From an uncultured Gammaproteobacteria bacterium (GTDB lineage: Bacteria; Patescibacteriota; Microgenomatia; Levybacterales; GWA1-39-11): a stretch of 64,000 nucleotides of DNA. The notes below the pieces were generated by a model that made no database searches, had not been told where the DNA came from, and saw only the letters and a program-made list of their open reading frames with translations. This document shows positions 20,738 to 31,311 of this stretch, one piece after another. Location of the stretch: NCBI GenBank assembly GCA_964427615.1, contig CAYRUR010000001.1, forward strand, positions 50,425 through 114,424, written 5' to 3'. Positions within the stretch are counted from its first letter, which is position 1, and every line of letters starts with the position of its first letter. Position numbers and translations under genes: made by a program.

Positions 20738-22216
20738 TCATCTTAGAGGATTTAGGACAAACTTTTCAATTACCGGGTGATTTTCAGGCGTGTTTTTAAC
20801 AAGCACAACTGCATAGTTATCCCAATACACAGGTACCCATGTTTTGCTTTGTCCAATCCAAGTTAAAAATTGCTGTGCCCAAGGCGTCATATCAGTATGA
20901 CTAAAGTAAATCGCATTAATACCATATTTTTCTGCTTCTTGTTCAAATACTCGCGGGTCTGTCTGCATTTTTTTATAATTGTCAAAAAAAGATGCAGGAT
21001 ACGCCTCAGGTCTACCATCAACAAATACTTTTTCTTCCGGGTACAAATAAAAGGTCAAAAAACTTCCCACATCAAAGTTATTAAAAAGAGGTCCTTTAAC
21101 CTGTTCTTTTGTAAACGCTACACTTTTTTCAAATTCTCTCACATAAGAAAATGCCGGTTGAGGCAAAAATAACAATTTAATTGTGGCAAAAAGAAGAACA
21201 AGAGAACTTATTCCTATAACCACAACCTTTGCTTGAGCAATCGTGGGAGTCGAAAAACGCTCAAAAAAACGTGAGTAAAGAAAACAAATATAGGGAAAAG
21301 AAATAAGTACAAAAAGAGGAAAATTACGAATCATCATAACAGAGGCCACGAGAGCAAAGAGAGTAGCCAACGTATAAAAGACATCTAACTTACGCAAGTT
21401 TACCACCAAGCCAAACAGCGCTAAAACGGCCAGTATCTCAAAAATTAAAATGCGGTAATTAAAGAAAAATGTATTTAAAAAGAAAATATTTTGATTTTCC
21501 ACAATCGAGTACCCATAATTATCAAATATATGCAGGGGGTAAAGTGCTCCCTGCCATCCTTGCGGATTTATAAAAAGAGTCAATAACAAACCTCCTAAAA
21601 GAAAAAACAAGCGTTTATCAACCTTTTTTCTAAACTGTACTAACTGATCAATACAGAGAAAACCGAATAGCCCAATACCTACTAAAAAGTAAATATGCAT
21701 GTTATTCCAGAGCATTTGGATAAAAAGTAGTGGTAAAAGGATCCAAAACTTTTTGTTTGTTTTATACAAATCAATCAAAAAAAGGTAGATAGATAAAAAA
21801 AGAAAACTAAACACCTCTGGTCGAGAATCAAATCGCTCACTAAACAACAAAACGTAGAGTATGGCAAAGCCAAACACCCAAAATGAGTGCGCTTTTTTAA
21901 AAGCAAGCCAAAGCACAAGCAAAAACGAAGCAGTAATTACCATAATTTTGGTAGCTAAAATAAGACCAAAACCTCCTGATACGTAGAGCGCATAAAAAAC
22001 AACCTCTGAAAGCCAGTGATGATTTACAAAAGGAAAATCAGGGTTAGTAAAAGAAAGTAAGTTAGTGCCAGGAATACACTTACATTCCCAGATAATTTCA
22101 CCCATTTTTATATGCCTACCAAGATCTTGCATGAGTGCTTTGTCAGGCTGAGAAAGCACTATGAGCAAAAACCCCACTAATAACGTACTTAAAAAGAGAG
22201 GGAGAAACCGTTTCAT
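20738..22216 (-). CDS. Polytopic membrane protein of unknown function
   Basis: 492 aa with more than 10 hydrophobic helices. Long uninterrupted ORF that overlaps the next gene by 4 nt. Confidence 0.5.
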   Translation of the reverse strand: MKRFLPLFLSTLLVGFLLIVLSQPDKALMQDLGRHIKMGEIIWECKCIPGTNLLSFTNPDFPFVNHHWLSEVVFYALYVSGGFGLILATKIMVITASFLLVLWLAFKKAHSFWVFGFAILYVLLFSERFDSRPEVFSFLFLSIYLFLIDLYKTNKKFWILLPLLFIQMLWNNMHIYFLVGIGLFGFLCIDQLVQFRKKVDKRLFFLLGGLLLTLFINPQGWQGALYPLHIFDNYGYSIVENQNIFFLNTFFFNYRILIFEILAVLALFGLVVNLRKLDVFYTLATLFALVASVMMIRNFPLFVLISFPYICFLYSRFFERFSTPTIAQAKVVVIGISSLVLLFATIKLLFLPQPAFSYVREFEKSVAFTKEQVKGPLFNNFDVGSFLTFYLYPEEKVFVDGRPEAYPASFFDNYKKMQTDPRVFEQEAEKYGINAIYFSHTDMTPWAQQFLTWIGQSKTWVPVYWDNYAVVLVKNTPENHPVIEKFVLNPLR

Positions 22217-23736
22217 GATTCAAAAACAATCTTAGGTCTATATTGTAAAGCTTCTAAAATATGGTGAGAAGCAACAGTCTCTGATCCTTCAAGATCAGCA
22301 ATGGTTCTGGCAACCTTCATCACCTTATGGTATGAGCGGGCAGATAAAGAAAATTGCACCAAAGCTTCTTTTAATACATCGAGAGCTTCTTTCGTAAACT
22401 CCCCATGCTCTTTAATATGTCTGCCTCCCATCTCACTATTCACAATAAGAGTGGTTCCTTTAAATCGTTCTTGTTGCCTGTTACGTGCTTTTTGTACTCT
22501 TTCGCGAATCGTTTTGGAGCTTTCTGCTAGAGTGTCATCGGTGATTTTATCAGGCTCAACTGCTGCCACATCAACATGGATATCAATTCTATCCAAAATT
22601 GGCCCTGAAAGCCGTTTTTGATAGCGCAAGATTTGGGAAGTAGAACATACACATTCTTTTGTTTTGTCTCCTAAATACCCACATGGACAGGGATTTAAGG
22701 CTGCAACCAGCATAAATCGCGCTGGAAATACTACTCGCTGTTTTGCACGAGAAACCACTACCTTTCCATCCTCCATAGGTTGTCTGAGGGTTTCAAGTAC
22801 ATACCGTGAGAATTCTGGAAACTCATCCAAGAAAAGAACACCTCTATGAGCAAGAGACACTTCTCCTGGCTTAGGAGTAGCTGATCCACCAATTAAGCCC
22901 GCATGAGAAGTCGTGTGATGTGGACTGCGAAATGGCCTCACATTAACAATTGCGTTTTCTCCAAGTAACCCTGAAATACTGTAAATTTTAGTTACTTCAA
23001 GCGCTTCAGAAAAAGTAAGCGCAGGTAAAATAGAAGGAATTGTTTTTGACAGTAGCGTTTTACCACTTCCAGGAGGACCTTTAAGTAAAATATTGTGCCC
23101 TCCAGCAACAGCTATTTCCACCGCACGTTTTACAAATTCCTGTCCCCGCACATCTTTCATATCATACTCGTAAAGAGGGTCTTGTAAATGTTGCTCGTAT
23201 TGAATAAAAGGAGTTGCTTCCATTTCTTTTTGGCCCGTTAAGTGGAAAAAAAGCTGTTTAAGGGTTGTAACCGGGTAAATACTGACCCCATCAACAATAG
23301 CTGCCTCCTGCGCATTACCTTCGGGTAAAAAGATACTATCAATCTTTTGTTCCTTGGCTAGTAACACTGCAGGTAGCACACCAGGGATAGAACGAAGACT
23401 TCCATCAAGGGATAACTCTCCTAAAAATAAGCTTTTGGAGAGATCTCCCTTTATTTGTCCACTAGCCGCCAATATGGAAATAGCTATGGGTAAATCAAAA
23501 GAGGAACCTTCTTTTGGCAGATCACCAGGGGCTAGATTAACCGTAATTTTGCGTGCTGGCAGATCAGCTCCCGTATTTTTTAAAGCAGAGCGTACCCGTT
23601 CACGCGATTCTTCTACTGCTTTATCTGGTAAGCCGACAATTGAAAAAGAGGGAAGACCTGAGAGAATATCTGTTTCTACTTCTATTAACACACCATCCAA
23701 CCCTACAATAGAAGCAGAGAAGACTTTGGCAAACAT
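22213..23736 (-). CDS. YifB/ComM-family Mg-chelatase-like AAA+ ATPase
   Basis: MFAKVFSASIVGLDGVLIEVETD start typical of ComM. Walker A GPPGSGKT, Walker B VLFLDEFPEF, and a C-terminal Mg_chelatase_C-like region. Start chosen at the MFAK ATG. Confidence 0.8.
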   Translation of the reverse strand: MFAKVFSASIVGLDGVLIEVETDILSGLPSFSIVGLPDKAVEESRERVRSALKNTGADLPARKITVNLAPGDLPKEGSSFDLPIAISILAASGQIKGDLSKSLFLGELSLDGSLRSIPGVLPAVLLAKEQKIDSIFLPEGNAQEAAIVDGVSIYPVTTLKQLFFHLTGQKEMEATPFIQYEQHLQDPLYEYDMKDVRGQEFVKRAVEIAVAGGHNILLKGPPGSGKTLLSKTIPSILPALTFSEALEVTKIYSISGLLGENAIVNVRPFRSPHHTTSHAGLIGGSATPKPGEVSLAHRGVLFLDEFPEFSRYVLETLRQPMEDGKVVVSRAKQRVVFPARFMLVAALNPCPCGYLGDKTKECVCSTSQILRYQKRLSGPILDRIDIHVDVAAVEPDKITDDTLAESSKTIRERVQKARNRQQERFKGTTLIVNSEMGGRHIKEHGEFTKEALDVLKEALVQFSLSARSYHKVMKVARTIADLEGSETVASHHILEALQYRPKIVFES

Positions 23737-23803
23737 ATATCTAGTATATGCACAAGTATGACAAAAATACAAAAAAAATTATGCTAAAATACGCTAACTC
23801 TCC

Positions 23804-25594
23804 ATGGACGATATAGAACTGGTAAAACAACGCATAGATATTGTAGACCTCCTTAGTAATTATATCCAACTAAAAAAAGCTGGCCGAAATTTTAAAGCCT
23901 TGTGTCCGTTTCACACAGAGAAATCACCCTCATTTGTTGTTTCCCCAGAGCGCCAAATTTGGCACTGTTTTGGCTGTAGCAAAGGAGGAGACATTTTTAC
24001 ATTTATAGAAGAGTATGAGAAAGCAGATTTTTCAGAAAGCTTAAAAATATTGGCAGAACGAGCAGGCGTAAAACTTTCTGCGCCAGTGTATAAAACCAAA
24101 CAAGAAGAGAAAAAAGCGCTCATTTACAACCTCAACGCACTTACGGCACAGTTTTACCACTATTTACTTACAGAACACACCGTAGGCAAACATGCTCTTG
24201 ATTACCTTACCCAACAACGTAAAATTCCTCTTCCGCTTATCAAAAAACTCCAATTAGGGTTTGCTCCGGAAAATAACACGGCCCTTTACCGTTATCTGCT
24301 TAAAAAGAAGGGATATAAAGAGCAGGACTTGCTTGATGCAGGACTTATCTCCAGAGAAAAAAGTGGAAGACTCTCAGACTTTTTTAGAAATAGGATTATC
24401 TTTCCCATTCAGGATATCAGAGGTAATTATATTGCTTTTTCCGGTAGAGCATTAACTGATGCTGTCATGCCTAAATACATTAATACTAGGGAAACAGATG
24501 CATATAAAAAAAGTGAGAGCTTGTATGGTATTTACTTTGCCAAAGATGCTATTCGTACAGAAAACAAAGTACTTTTGGTAGAAGGAGAGTTTGATGTTAT
24601 TTCTGCTTTTAAAGAAGGTATTCAATATGCAGTAGCTGTCAAAGGTACTGCTCTGACTGAAGAGCAAATAAAATTGCTGAAAAGATATGTAGAAAAAATT
24701 CTTATCTGCTTTGATACTGATCCTGCAGGTACTGCAGCTCAAAAGAGATCTATTAGCTTGATTGAAAAAGAAGGACTGTTAGCAAGTGTGATCCTGCCAC
24801 CTGAAGGTAAAGATCCCGATGAACTCCTGCGTGAAAATCCTGGATTATTTAAACAAGCGCTTAAGAAAAGCATTCATATCTATGACTTCATTATCTCCTC
24901 AGCGCTCACTCAAAATACTCCAAATACGGTTGAAGGCAAACGCGCTATTTTGGAAAACACACTCCCTTTTTTATCTGTTATTCAAAATGAAGTCGTAAAA
25001 GAGCACTATTTAAAAAAGCTTGCTGAAAGCCTACATACCTCTTTGGAATCCATCCGCACTGAAGCCGAAAAAATGAAAAAACCCACCCCCTCCATCAAAA
25101 GAGCAGAAAAGAAAGAAGAAAAAATAAGCAGAGAAGAGATGGTTGAAAAGTATCTCCTTTCACTTTTGCTCCAGTACCAACATCCTAAAGAAATTCTCTC
25201 CTCCCTTGATCCCACTCTTCTGGATTCACTCTTCTCCATTCCAGCAATACATCGTATTGTAAAGCAACTGACTACTTATGCTGCAAACCAAGATACCATT
25301 TCCATAGAAGTATTTGCCAAAACGCTGCCCACAGAACTACTTCCTATGTTTGATACTAGCTTTTTAGCTCCTATTCCTCATTTTGCAAGTACAGAAGAGT
25401 ACAAAAAAGAGATTGAAACAAAAATCCAGGAAACCAAAACAAATACCATTAGAAAAAAATTAAAAGAGTTGAATGAAAAAATAAAAGAAAAAGAACAGGC
25501 AGGAGATGATGAAACACTCCAAAAATTGCAAACCACATATGACACTCTGACCAAATTACTCCAGGAGGACTCTTATCAATCTCTTGTTGAATAA
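23804..25594 (+). CDS. dnaG: DNA primase
   Basis: CHC2 zinc finger CPFHTEKSPSFVVSPERQIWHCFGCSKGGD and a TOPRIM region EGEFDVISAFKEGI...DTDPAG. Confidence 0.9.
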   Translation: MDDIELVKQRIDIVDLLSNYIQLKKAGRNFKALCPFHTEKSPSFVVSPERQIWHCFGCSKGGDIFTFIEEYEKADFSESLKILAERAGVKLSAPVYKTKQEEKKALIYNLNALTAQFYHYLLTEHTVGKHALDYLTQQRKIPLPLIKKLQLGFAPENNTALYRYLLKKKGYKEQDLLDAGLISREKSGRLSDFFRNRIIFPIQDIRGNYIAFSGRALTDAVMPKYINTRETDAYKKSESLYGIYFAKDAIRTENKVLLVEGEFDVISAFKEGIQYAVAVKGTALTEEQIKLLKRYVEKILICFDTDPAGTAAQKRSISLIEKEGLLASVILPPEGKDPDELLRENPGLFKQALKKSIHIYDFIISSALTQNTPNTVEGKRAILENTLPFLSVIQNEVVKEHYLKKLAESLHTSLESIRTEAEKMKKPTPSIKRAEKKEEKISREEMVEKYLLSLLLQYQHPKEILSSLDPTLLDSLFSIPAIHRIVKQLTTYAANQDTISIEVFAKTLPTELLPMFDTSFLAPIPHFASTEEYKKEIETKIQETKTNTIRKKLKELNEKIKEKEQAGDDETLQKLQTTYDTLTKLLQEDSYQSLVE

Positions 25595-25621
25595 CAAATC
25601 TAAAAAAGATACAATACACCT

Positions 25622-26713
25622 ATGTCTTCCAAACCTGCAGTAAAAAATGAGAAGGTGGAAGAGCTTCTTGCTGTGGCAAAAAAGAGAGGATACATCTCTC
25701 AAGACGAAATTTTAGAAGCTTTTCCAAAACCAGAGAATCATATCGAGGCTTTAGATTACCTCTATGATCAGCTTATCTCAAAAAGTATTGATATTTTTGA
25801 GACAGTTGAAGAAGATGGTGATAACCAAAAGCCAATTGAGGATCTGGAAAGAGAGCTTGAAGCCCTCAATATCATTCAGGGTGGAGCAGTTACTGATCCA
25901 GTACGCATGTATTTAAAAGAGATTGGTAGAATTCCCCTGCTTACTTTTGAACAAGAAGTAGATCTGGCAAAGCGACTTGAGGCAGGAGATGAATCAGCCA
26001 GAAAAAAGTTAGTGGAATCTAACTTAAGACTCGTTGTGTCTATTGCTAAAAAGTATGTCGGAAGAGGTATGAGCCTTTTGGACCTCATTCAAGAAGGAAA
26101 TCAAGGACTTATCCGTGCTGTTGAAAAATACGACTGGAAAAAAGGATTCAAATTCTCAACGTATGCTACTTGGTGGATCAGACAAGCTATTACTCGAGCT
26201 ATCGCAGATCAGGCCAGAACTATCCGCATTCCGGTACACATGGTAGAAAATATTAACCGCTTTATGCGTGCACAGCGCAAGCTCATGCAAGAGTTAGGCA
26301 GACAACCCACACCTGAGGAAATTGCCCAAGTTTTGGAGATAGAACCTGACAAAGCACGGGAAATCATTAAAATTTCTCAACAACCAACAAGCCTTGATAC
26401 TCCAGTAGGGGATGAGGAAGACAGCTATCTAGGAGACTTTATCTATGATATTACCGCTCCAACGCTGTTTGATACCGCCTCACGCGGACTCTTAAAAGAA
26501 CAGCTGAATCAAGTCCTTTCAACGCTTTCTGACAGAGAAAAAAGAGTAGTTGAGGAGCGCTTTGGCTTAAGAGATGGCAAACCTAAAACGCTTGAGGAAG
26601 TAGGAAAGATGTTTGCTGTAACCCGTGAGAGAATCAGACAAATTGAAGCAAAAGCTTTGAGAAAGCTTCGTCATCCTTCACGCGGTAATAAACTGCGTGA
26701 TTACATAGAGTAA
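25622..26713 (+). CDS. rpoD: RNA polymerase sigma factor RpoD (primary sigma-70)
   Basis: Region 2 [28 protein letters not shown], region 3 and region 4 [31 protein letters not shown]. Confidence 0.9.
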   Translation: MSSKPAVKNEKVEELLAVAKKRGYISQDEILEAFPKPENHIEALDYLYDQLISKSIDIFETVEEDGDNQKPIEDLERELEALNIIQGGAVTDPVRMYLKEIGRIPLLTFEQEVDLAKRLEAGDESARKKLVESNLRLVVSIAKKYVGRGMSLLDLIQEGNQGLIRAVEKYDWKKGFKFSTYATWWIRQAITRAIADQARTIRIPVHMVENINRFMRAQRKLMQELGRQPTPEEIAQVLEIEPDKAREIIKISQQPTSLDTPVGDEEDSYLGDFIYDITAPTLFDTASRGLLKEQLNQVLSTLSDREKRVVEERFGLRDGKPKTLEEVGKMFAVTRERIRQIEAKALRKLRHPSRGNKLRDYIE

Positions 26714-26754
26714 CCTCTTCACTTTTTCATTTTTCACCTTATAATAAAGCTGCT

Positions 26755-27765
26755 ATGTCTGAAAGATTATCTGCCGTGCCAGCTGAGGTTAGAGAAGAAA
26801 GTATAGACCATCAAGTAGAAGAAGATGCTACTCCAATAGACACACTTCTACCTTCGCCAGAAAATTTCACTCCTATAGACCCCTTTGATATTTACCTACA
26901 AGAGATTGGTTCTATCCCTTTGTTAACAGAAGAGGAGGAAATGATACATGCAAGAAGGCTAGAAGAAGCAAAAAAGGTTCTTAATAGTCCTGCTGCTAAA
27001 GACTTAGAAGTAGAGGAAATAAAAAGACTAGAGACACAAAAAAGAGAAGCACAAACACGTCTTATGGAAGCAAATTCAAAACTTGTAGTATGGGTAGCAA
27101 AAAAATTTCAAGGAAGAGGACTAGACATTTTGGATTTAACACAAGCGGGAAATATGGGATTGATGAAAGCTATTAATAAGTTCAAATTAAGCGAAGGTAA
27201 AAGATTAACAACATTTGCAGTCTATTACATCAGAGGAGCTGTTCAGAGAGCAATTGCTGAAAGTTCGCGCAATGTTAGATTACCAGTTCATATGCATGAC
27301 CGTCTTATTCGAGTAGGAAAAATAGAACAACAATTAAGAGACGAGTTTGGGAGAGAAGCAACTCTGGAAGAAATTGCTGAAAGGATGGATTTATCAGTAG
27401 CACAAGTCAAAAAGGTTTTATATCTCAGAAAAAACAACAACACAACTAGTATTCATGAGAAAAATAGAGAAAGAGAAAACGAAGAAATAGGAAACCTTAT
27501 TTTGGATAATGATAAAGGAGTGGATCCTGAAGAACAAGCAATTACTGCTTCACTAAGAGAACATGTACAAAGTTTTCTTTCACAACTGTCGGATAAAGAA
27601 AGAAGAGTAATGGAACTTCGATATGGCATAAGAGACAACATACCAAGAACCCTTGATGAGGTAGGAAAAGAGATTGGAGCTTCAAAAGAATGGGTAAGAC
27701 AGATAGAAAAAAGAGTCTCTCAAAAATTTAGAGAAGAATTATCTCATCTAAAAGACTTTCTCTAA
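26755..27765 (+). CDS. Second sigma-70-family sigma factor (RpoD-like paralog)
   Basis: TFAVYYIRGAVQRAIAESSRNVRLPVHM (region 2.4/3.0) and region 4 RTLDEVGKEIGASKEWVRQIEKR. Directly downstream of rpoD. Confidence 0.8.
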   Translation: MSERLSAVPAEVREESIDHQVEEDATPIDTLLPSPENFTPIDPFDIYLQEIGSIPLLTEEEEMIHARRLEEAKKVLNSPAAKDLEVEEIKRLETQKREAQTRLMEANSKLVVWVAKKFQGRGLDILDLTQAGNMGLMKAINKFKLSEGKRLTTFAVYYIRGAVQRAIAESSRNVRLPVHMHDRLIRVGKIEQQLRDEFGREATLEEIAERMDLSVAQVKKVLYLRKNNNTTSIHEKNRERENEEIGNLILDNDKGVDPEEQAITASLREHVQSFLSQLSDKERRVMELRYGIRDNIPRTLDEVGKEIGASKEWVRQIEKRVSQKFREELSHLKDFL

Positions 27766-27844
27766 CTCCTTTGCATATCAAGCTCAATATTGTATAATCG
27801 AAAGCGTATTCCGCGGTAGCTCAACGGTAGAGCAGGAAGCTGTA

Positions 27845-28412
27845 GCACTTTAAAAGAATTCTTTATCTGGCTATACTAAAAGTATGGCAGAAAAGAGAAC
27901 GTATGCTGACCGCCGAGAGTATTTAATTATGGCTGTTGCTCGAAGAAGAAAAAAACTTCGGGAAAAAGCTGTTGAATACAAAGGCGGAAAATGTATGATT
28001 TGTGGATATTCTCGCTGCCAAGCAGCGTTAGATTTTCATCACCTGGATGCCAATGAAAAAGAGTTTGGTATCTCGAAAGATGGAATAACAAGATCTTGGA
28101 AAAAAGTTCAAAAAGAGCTAGATAAATGTGTGCTCATTTGTTCTAACTGCCACAGAGAAGTACATGCAGGCATATTGCAGCCCTCTGCAGTAATGCAGAG
28201 TGGAAACATGGGGTGAATTCAGGGAAGCCCGCATCTTCAAAGAAGGGTAATCCTGAGCCAAGCTCGATAAATTGACAATAAAGTAATCGAGAAGGTGCAG
28301 AGACTAAGAGTGAGGAGTCATACCAATAAGCTCTATAAGCGCCCCATACCCTTAATATATGTATTAAGGGTAATGAGATAGTCCACACTTCTGGAAACAG
28401 AAGATAAAAGTG
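27845..28412 (+). mobile_element. Group I self-splicing intron inserted in the tRNA anticodon loop
   Basis: Conserved group I core elements are present: R-like GTGCAGAGACTAA (28296-28308) and S-like GAGATAGTCC (28375-28384), with P7 pairing GACTA/TAGTC. There is a terminal G before exon 2. The intron encodes an HNH ORF in a 5' peripheral region. Confidence 0.7.
27884..28216 (+). CDS. HNH homing endonuclease encoded within the tRNA group I intron
   Basis: 110 aa with CMICGYSRCQAALDFHHLDANEKEF...CSNCHREVH, i.e. an HNH motif (HH..N..CxxCH) with zinc-binding cysteines. Confidence 0.75.
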   Translation: MAEKRTYADRREYLIMAVARRRKKLREKAVEYKGGKCMICGYSRCQAALDFHHLDANEKEFGISKDGITRSWKKVQKELDKCVLICSNCHREVHAGILQPSAVMQSGNMG

Positions 28413-28438
28413 TAACTTCAAGGTTCTAGGTTCGAATC

Positions 28439-30127
28439 CTAGCCGCGGAGCACAGAAGGATTTTGAGACCACAAATCTTCTAAGTTAGTTGTATTATCAA
28501 CCTTTTCCGCAGGTTCTAACCGTGCAGAAATTGTAATTACTTTTTCTTTTGTTTCAGAAATATATTCCAGTGGTCTTTGAATCTGAGGAATAAGAATTTT
28601 GTCCCTAATTTTTAGGTTCGCACCAAGACCTGCAAATATTTCCCGTTTTGTTTGTCTGTCACCATTCTTAAACCAGTAACGGGCATAACATGCAAATTCA
28701 AACGTCTTTTCTGACAGCTCAACCCATTTACTAATTCTGTCTCCTGTATCTCCCAACTTTTCCTCAAGTCTTTGCTTTTCCCTCATCAATACCTCCTTTT
28801 GTGATCTAAATTCTTCATCACTGAGAAGGTTACCATTTGAATTGTGAGGAGATATCTTTAATTTAATAAGGTTATCAATACGCTTCGTAACATCACTGTA
28901 TGCCTCCTGTAACGCTCCTAGAGAAGCATTTCTGTCCTCAACCTCTCTATCATATAGCTCATTAATATACTTGATTGCCCAAGCCTTAAATTTCTCGGAT
29001 ATTTGAATGATAGAGAGTATCTCATCAATTTGTTTCTCAAGCTCTTCTTCTCGTATGCTACCTTGAGAACAATTAGAATCAACACGCTTTGTACAATGAT
29101 AATAAATATAATGAAGCAGGGTAGGATTATTCATCTCCTCAATTTTTACTTCACACTTAGGACAGACATCTTTATTTTGTGATGCAAATTTTTGCTTACA
29201 ATGAGGACAGATAATCTGGTACTTTTCTTCTGCGGTAATAGCAGCTCCACACTCACCACACTTCATAAGACCTCTATACAGAAATTCATAAGTTCTTGCT
29301 CTTGGACTTCCTTTTCTGCCAAGTAGCATTTGGACTCTCTGAAATTCTTCACGAGTAATCATTGGCTGATGTTTTCCTTTATGCCAAACTCCACTACCAA
29401 CGGGATATTCAAATTCCCCATAATAAAATGGATCAGTAAAAATTTTATAGATAAAACTTCTCGTCATTGGTTTTCCTCCTATACTTTTATGCTTGGGAGT
29501 TCTGTAGCCCATCTCGTCATTCAACATTCTAAGAATCTGAGGTGGAGTGTAGGTCCCCGTGAGCATCATATCCCATGCCTTCCTAATGAGAGGGAATCTC
29601 ACTGGATCAACTTTAATGGTCTTATTGCCTTTCTCAGCGTATTTATCATTCATATATCCAGGTTTTGCACCTGAAGGAAGCCATCCTTTTTCTGCTTTTT
29701 CCCGTAGTCCCCGCTTTACATTCTTTGAAAGATCATCAATAAACTTTTGAGCCATCCCAAATTCAACATACATCATAAATGAATTTTCACTTGCTTGATT
29801 GTACTCATTGGCAGGAGTACGCACCTCAATTCCTTTTTCTTTTATCATCCATATAACAGAACCTCCATCAACAGGATTCCTAGCCAAACGATCAACTTTC
29901 CAGCACAAAACGCCATCTATTCCCCCCTCGTACAAATAATTCATCATTTCGTTAAAAACGGGCCTTCCAGGGGCTTTTGCTGACCGTGACTCAGTATATA
30001 CCTTCACCACAGCGATATTGAGTCTTTTAGCCAACTCTTGAAGTTCTTTTATCTGAGAATCAATGGAGAGAACTTGTCTATCCTCTGACTCAGAGCTCTT
30101 TCTTGCATAAATGACATACTTTTTCAT
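28439..30127 (-). CDS. Large serine recombinase (integrase) with intact catalytic, recombinase and zinc-ribbon domains
   Basis: N-terminal resolvase domain [19 protein letters not shown]...[16 protein letters not shown], a recombinase domain, and zinc ribbon CGECGAA...CPHCKQKF...CPKCEVK with coiled coil. The 3' end overlaps the tRNA 3' exon by 12 nt. Confidence 0.85.
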   Translation of the reverse strand: MKKYVIYARKSSESEDRQVLSIDSQIKELQELAKRLNIAVVKVYTESRSAKAPGRPVFNEMMNYLYEGGIDGVLCWKVDRLARNPVDGGSVIWMIKEKGIEVRTPANEYNQASENSFMMYVEFGMAQKFIDDLSKNVKRGLREKAEKGWLPSGAKPGYMNDKYAEKGNKTIKVDPVRFPLIRKAWDMMLTGTYTPPQILRMLNDEMGYRTPKHKSIGGKPMTRSFIYKIFTDPFYYGEFEYPVGSGVWHKGKHQPMITREEFQRVQMLLGRKGSPRARTYEFLYRGLMKCGECGAAITAEEKYQIICPHCKQKFASQNKDVCPKCEVKIEEMNNPTLLHYIYYHCTKRVDSNCSQGSIREEELEKQIDEILSIIQISEKFKAWAIKYINELYDREVEDRNASLGALQEAYSDVTKRIDNLIKLKISPHNSNGNLLSDEEFRSQKEVLMREKQRLEEKLGDTGDRISKWVELSEKTFEFACYARYWFKNGDRQTKREIFAGLGANLKIRDKILIPQIQRPLEYISETKEKVITISARLEPAEKVDNTTNLEDLWSQNPSVLRG

Positions 30128-30177
30128 AATCTTATTTTTATTTTGACCCGTCGCTTTTCCTAAGTCAACGGCCCTAC

Positions 30178-30741
30178 TTAACCCTTAATATTTTCATGAA
30201 TCCACCTGATATCACTTTCATCTAAGAGAGAGAAACGCTCTCTATCAAAATCCCAGTCGCTATTTTGATAACGTTCTTCTGATGAACCACCACCAGAAAC
30301 CTTATTCTTATCCTTATAGGAAACTATAGTATTACCACTACTTTTGCCTGAATCCTGTTGCATTGATGCATTATTTTGTTGCACCCTCGCATCATTAAAT
30401 TGCATACCTGAATTAGCTGACTGCACCTCTGCAATATCACTTACTAATACCCTATACCAACCATCCCCAATTTTACTCAAAACTCCCTTCTTTATTAGGC
30501 TATTGCGTGTTCTACAAACCTTTGAAGGTGACCAATGAAGAATGTTAGAAATATCGTAATCTGTAGCCTCAACTGTCATATATGTCTCTGTGTGTTTTTT
30601 ATCCCAATCATACAAAGCAAGACATAGATCAAATAAACGAAATTCTTGGTCTGTAAATTCCATTTCCTTTGCAATGACATGCCTGTTTCTTTTAACTTTT
30701 TGGTACGTTGTGTTTAGCCTTCTCTCAATAGGTCTTTTCAT
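30178..30741 (-). CDS. Hypothetical protein, possibly DNA-binding, carried by the integrative element
   Basis: 187 aa with a basic N-terminus, a putative winged-helix-like segment ([19 protein letters not shown]) and a low-complexity Q/N/S-rich C-terminus. Function unknown. Confidence 0.45.
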   Translation of the reverse strand: MKRPIERRLNTTYQKVKRNRHVIAKEMEFTDQEFRLFDLCLALYDWDKKHTETYMTVEATDYDISNILHWSPSKVCRTRNSLIKKGVLSKIGDGWYRVLVSDIAEVQSANSGMQFNDARVQQNNASMQQDSGKSSGNTIVSYKDKNKVSGGGSSEERYQNSDWDFDRERFSLLDESDIRWIHENIKG

Positions 30742-31311
30742 CTTTTATGCGATACTGTTTATAAATAAAAGCAAAAAAGTTCAAGAATCTTTTCGCAACT
30801 AATTGTGCCTCTTTTTCAGTAATATCTTCTCCATATTCTTCTTTCCATATTTTTTGAAACTCACTAATTGCACTTTTACTCAGCATGTTTCCTCCAATGA
30901 TCGGTTTTCAACAAAAATAATCTTTTTGAAAGTTTTAATAGTACCCAGAAGTATTCTTCATGTACAAATTGGGAATTTTTGCTGAAGTCACTTACATGCT
31001 CAATACATTTACCATAGAGAGAAAACTGAGAGTAGAGGGTGAAACTATTACGTCTTATACTGTGAAACTGTATGTCTTTTTGGGTAAGTAAGATTGGGAA
31101 GGTCTTTTTATCCTTGGTCGCAGAAAGGTTTTGTTTTGAGATTTCGTCTTTCATATACATATCCACACTCACATTTGTGCGGATGTGTACCGACCTTTCA
31201 ATCTCAGTACCTATGAAGGTATAGCGCCACTATACAAAATGCAATTTAGATTGTCAATACAGGTAAAACGTGTTATCTGAAGACACAAAATATACATCTA
31301 TATCACAGGTG

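Larger units (their letters stand above)
27811..28450 (+). tRNA. Intron-containing tRNA, most likely tRNA-Asn(GUU). Exon 1 is 27811-27844 and exon 2 is 28413-28450, split in the anticodon loop by a ~568-nt group I intron. The alternative reading is tRNA-Thr(UGU), with the exon/intron junction 2 nt earlier.
   Basis: Exon 1 has acceptor TCCGCGG, D arm GCTC/AACGGTA/GAGC and anticodon stem GGAAG. Exon 2 has TAA, anticodon stem CTTCA, variable loop AGGTT, T arm CTAGG/TTCGAAT/CCTAG, and acceptor CCGCGGA (perfect complement of the 5' acceptor), then G73. U1:A72 plus G73 favour Asn. The 5' exon ends in U and the intron ends in G, as group I splicing requires. Confidence 0.75.

Noticed and set aside
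27811-28450. Interpreting the two tRNA-like segments as att-site duplicates (a full tRNA plus a partial 3' copy) flanking an island
   Set aside because: The two segments are complementary halves (5' acceptor/D/anticodon-stem and anticodon-stem/T/3' acceptor), not repeats of the same region. Together they make one cloverleaf, so an intron explains them better.
28143-28472. 109-aa minus-strand ORF spanning the intron core and the tRNA 3' exon
   Set aside because: Overlaps a structured RNA (group I core plus tRNA). No motif. Likely a spurious reading frame.
30742-31311. 570-bp region with a 98-aa minus ORF (30876..31172) and short plus ORFs between the DNA-binding protein gene and the XRE regulator
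   Set aside because: No motifs and weak start contexts. Could hold a small gene or ncRNA, but nothing supportable by eye.
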